A stretch of 64,000 nt of DNA from Candidatus Methylomirabilales bacterium (GTDB taxonomy: Bacteria; Methylomirabilota; Methylomirabilia; Methylomirabilales; CSP1-5). Shown here one piece after another: positions 61,038-64,000 of the stretch. Each line of letters opens with the position of its first letter. Within the stretch, counting starts at the first letter, position 1. The notes beneath the pieces are model-generated. The model was not told the origin of the DNA, did no database searches, and saw only the letters and a program-made list of their open reading frames with translations. The DNA lies in assembly GCA_046758505.1 (NCBI GenBank), contig JBHIAH010000004.1:1-64000 (forward strand). Direction: 5' to 3'. The position numbers and the translations under genes were made by a program.

Positions 61038-61544
61038 TCAGAAGGGTTCCACCACGCGTGTTACGACCTGATCGGCGAGGTTGCGAAGGGCCCGACGGAC
61101 GGCTTCATCTTCTGCGACCTGCGTTCCCGTAACCCCCGGCGGGGCCGAATAGTAGGCCTCGCCCCGGACCTGCTCATTGGCCAACTCGACCTTGCCACTC
61201 CGCTGGACCACCTGCAGGTCGAGGACGACCACCATCCTGAACCGCCGGGCGATGTCTGTAGAATCGAATGATACCGGATTTCGCTCGAGGGCGGTGATCG
61301 TGGCCTTCATCGCGGCGTCCGCCTCACCTTCCTCTTTCACGACCCGCCCCCCGGCGCTCAGGATTCGCTGTGTCAGGGCCTGGGTAAGGTCGGTCTCCAG
61401 TCCTGGCCGAAAAGCTCCGGGATTGCTGACCGTGAGATGGATTCGTTTCAGATGCCCCGGAAGGCTCACCTGCCCGTGATAGCCACATGCGCCCCCAAGC
61501 GCCGGGATCAGGCCAAGGCCAATCAGGACCAGGCCTTTTTTCAC
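61038..61544 (-). CDS. lptE: LPS assembly lipoprotein LptE family
   Basis: Lipobox-like GGACGY; located between leuS and holA. Confidence 0.8.
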   Translation of the reverse strand: MKKGLVLIGLGLIPALGGACGYHGQVSLPGHLKRIHLTVSNPGAFRPGLETDLTQALTQRILSAGGRVVKEEGEADAAMKATITALERNPVSFDSTDIARRFRMVVVLDLQVVQRSGKVELANEQVRGEAYYSAPPGVTGTQVAEDEAVRRALRNLADQVVTRVVEPF

Positions 61545-61559
61545 GAGTCCCCCCTTCGG

Positions 61560-61677
61560 GCTGTCCGCTGTCCGCCCTCGAGCTCAAAGAGTTCAAGGTG
61601 CGAAGTGCAATGTTTACACTGTGAACATCGCACGGTGAATCCTCGCAAGCCTGAACGCTGACTGCTGACCGCGACTA
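61560..61677. repeat. Degenerate heptamer-periodic repeats in the lptE-leuS spacer
   Basis: GCTGTCC GCTGTCC; GTTCAAG GTGCGAA GTGCAAT with a complementary arm; GCTGACT GCTGACC. Confidence 0.55.
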
Positions 61678-63999
61678 CCCGTCCGTTACAATATTCACCA
61701 GCTTCTTGGGAACCACGATGACCCGTTTCACCTGTCTCCCGTGAAGCCACGTTTGAACACGGCCGTCCTCGAGCGCCGCCGTCCGAAGCTCGCCCTCCCC
61801 AGCATCGGCAGGAAGGGAGATCCGGCTCCGCAGTTTGCCGTTCACCTGGACCACCACGAGAAGTTCTTCTCGCTGAACGACCTCTGCATCATAGGTTGGC
61901 CACGGCTCGTGGCAGACGCTCCCTGGATGTCCGAGGCGCTCCCACAGCTCCTCCGCCAGGTGGGGGGCGAAGGGGGCGAGAAGCACGAGGAGGGTCTCGA
62001 CGGCAAAGCGTGCCACGGCGCGCCGCTCCACGAGTCCCGACGGTTCATCATGCAGCTCAAATTGCCCCAGGGTGTTGACCAGCTCCATGAGGGCGGCGAT
62101 GGCCGTGTTGAAATGAAAATCCCGGTCCAGGTCCTCGGTCACCTTCTTGATGGTCAGGTGCGCCTTTTGGTACACCGCTCGACCCACCGTCAGGGCGCCA
62201 TAGGAAATGGGCATTCCCGGAAGGCGGAGCTCCTCCGCCCAGCCGTCCACCAGTCGGTAGACCCGGTTCAGGAACCGAAACGCCCCCTCCACCCCTTTAT
62301 CGGACCATTCCAGATCCTTCTCCGGAGGTGCCGCAAAGAGGGAAAAGAGACGGGCGGTGTCCGCCCCATACCGATGCAGGAGGTCATCCGGGTCTACCAC
62401 ATTCCGCCGCGACTTGGACATCTTCTCGGTCCGTCCGATCTCGACCGGCTGATGACACGTCGTGCAGCGGCCGTCGGCATCCACCTCTTGCGGAAGCCGA
62501 TACCCATGGGTGGCACATCGGTAGGTCTCCTTGCAGACCATTCCCTGCGTCAGCAAATTCACAAACGGTTCGTCGTGCAGGATCAGGCCGAGGTCCCGAA
62601 CCACCCTGGTGAAGAACCGCGCGTACAGCAAGTGGAGGACGGCGTGTTCGATCCCGCCGATATATTGATCCACCGGCATCCAGTACGCCACCTTTGCCTT
62701 CTCCACGGCCTGGTCCCGCGCCTGTGGATTACAAAACCGTAGGAAGTACCAGGAGGAATCGACAAAGGTATCCATCGTATCGGTTTCCCGTCGGGCCGGC
62801 CCCCGACAGGTCGGACAGCGAACATCCACAAAACTCTCGACCCGGGCAAGGGGAGATCGCCCCCTCATGGTGATGTCCACTTCTCCCGGAAGGAGGACCG
62901 GCAAATCGCTGTATGGGACGGGAACCGTGCCGCACTGGTCACAGTAGACGATAGGAATCGGGGTCCCCCAGTATCGCTGCCGGGAAATTCCCCAGTCCCG
63001 AAGCCGGTAGTTCACCGCGCGCCTGCCGATGCCCTCCTTCTCCAGATGGTGGATCACGGCCTCGCGCCCTTCCGGACTCGGCAACCCGGTGAAGGGACCC
63101 GAATTCGCCATCACCCCCTCGTCCTCATACGCTTTTTCCAGCCCCCCCGCGGTGAGGGTTTCGTGCGCCGGCTCGATCACGACCCGGATAGGGAGGTCGT
63201 ACTTCTTGGCGAATTCAAAGTCGCGCTGGTCATGGGCGGGGACCGCCATGATGGCCCCCGTGCCGTACTCGAGCAAGACGAAATTGGCCAGCCAGATGGG
63301 GATCTTCTCTTGGGTCAAGGGGTTGATGGCATACGCGCCAGTGAAGACCCCTTCCTTCTCTGTGTCGGCCGCGGTCCGGACTACCCGATCTTCCGCCTTC
63401 ATCCGCTGGATGAAGGTTTGGACCTCCGGCTTGCCCCGCGCGAGCTGCTGCGCCAGGGAGTGCTCCGGCGCGAGGACCATAAAGGTGGCCCCGTAGAGGG
63501 TGTCCTGCCGGGTGGTAAAAATGGTGAGAGCGCTCCCCTCCGCCACGAGGGGGAAACTCACCTCTGCGCCGACGCTCTTCCCGATCCAGTTCCGCTGCAT
63601 CGTCTTGACCCGCTCGGGCCAGCCGGGGAGGCGATCCAGCCCCTGGAGCAGTTCCTCGGCGTATGCGGTGATTTTGAAGAACCACTGGTCGAGCTCTTTC
63701 TGGACAACCTCCGACTCGTCCCGCCAGCACCGCCCCCCCTCCACCTGTTCGTTGGCGAGGACGGTCTGGCAGACCTCACACCAGTTGACACAGGCGGGCT
63801 TCTTTTCGGCAATCCCCTTTTCGTACATCTTGAGGAAGAGCCACTGGTTCCAGCGGTAGTACTCCGGATCACTGCAGGTGATCTCCCGATCCCAGTCGTA
63901 GGATAACCCCATCTGCTTCAGTTGCTTGCGCATGTACGCGATGTTGTCATAGGTCCAGGTGGCAGGATGGACACCGTGTTCAATGGCCGCATTCTCTGC
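61675..63999 (-). CDS. leuS: Leucine--tRNA ligase (5'-truncated by the window edge)
   Basis: Frame is open to the edge (AENAAIEHG..); [36 protein letters not shown]. Confidence 0.97.
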   Translation of the reverse strand, partial: AENAAIEHGVHPATWTYDNIAYMRKQLKQMGLSYDWDREITCSDPEYYRWNQWLFLKMYEKGIAEKKPACVNWCEVCQTVLANEQVEGGRCWRDESEVVQKELDQWFFKITAYAEELLQGLDRLPGWPERVKTMQRNWIGKSVGAEVSFPLVAEGSALTIFTTRQDTLYGATFMVLAPEHSLAQQLARGKPEVQTFIQRMKAEDRVVRTAADTEKEGVFTGAYAINPLTQEKIPIWLANFVLLEYGTGAIMAVPAHDQRDFEFAKKYDLPIRVVIEPAHETLTAGGLEKAYEDEGVMANSGPFTGLPSPEGREAVIHHLEKEGIGRRAVNYRLRDWGISRQRYWGTPIPIVYCDQCGTVPVPYSDLPVLLPGEVDITMRGRSPLARVESFVDVRCPTCRGPARRETDTMDTFVDSSWYFLRFCNPQARDQAVEKAKVAYWMPVDQYIGGIEHAVLHLLYARFFTRVVRDLGLILHDEPFVNLLTQGMVCKETYRCATHGYRLPQEVDADGRCTTCHQPVEIGRTEKMSKSRRNVVDPDDLLHRYGADTARLFSLFAAPPEKDLEWSDKGVEGAFRFLNRVYRLVDGWAEELRLPGMPISYGALTVGRAVYQKAHLTIKKVTEDLDRDFHFNTAIAALMELVNTLGQFELHDEPSGLVERRAVARFAVETLLVLLAPFAPHLAEELWERLGHPGSVCHEPWPTYDAEVVQREELLVVVQVNGKLRSRISLPADAGEGELRTAALEDGRVQTWLHGRQVKRVIVVPKKLVNIVTDG

Positions 64000-64000
64000 G

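Noticed and set aside
61038..61040. Selenocysteine or readthrough LptE-HolA fusion at the in-frame TGA
   Set aside because: Fusing an exported lipoprotein to a cytoplasmic clamp-loader subunit is implausible, no clear SECIS is visible, and a CTG start with an SD explains the data.

Overview
A high-GC bacterial chromosome segment (roughly 63% GC by eye) made up mostly of core genes. Gene content and order resemble Methylomirabilota (NC10) or a related lineage; this is an inference, not verified. The left arm (1 to about 44.1 kb) is almost all + strand: type IV pilus genes (PilX-like, PilV-like, pilMNOPQ), two secreted GATase-like paralogs, aroC-aroK-aroB-TPR-aroQ-efp-accBC-thiE, tsaC, rel, rpmB(-), recG-rsmD-coaD-aminotransferase, a split peptide ABC transporter, miaB, a SPOR protein, HU/IHF-MerR, surE-pcm, acyP-apt, three tRNAs, and a small accessory cassette with an XRE regulator. 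The right arm (44.3-64 kb) is almost all - strand: leuS-lptE-holA, rpsT(+), murJ, ilvBNC, miaA-aroA-cmk-plsC-rpsA-sppA-ihfB, then an adenylate cyclase, a HIT protein and a DUF151 nuclease. The arms converge on a 28-bp dif-like XerCD site (44133-44160) followed by two extra inverted XerD-like half-sites, so the window probably spans the replication terminus. Other notable observations: an ExeA-like ATPase islet bounded by a duplicated 5' end of tRNA-Pro; holA apparently starting at CTG; a probably leaderless XRE repressor with back-to-back promoters; an adenylate cyclase with an unrecognised N-terminal domain; a 31-aa uORF before ilvB; a perfect 61-bp tandem duplication; and a family of heptamer-periodic intergenic palindromes. 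No CRISPR array, rRNA, integrase or transposase was seen.
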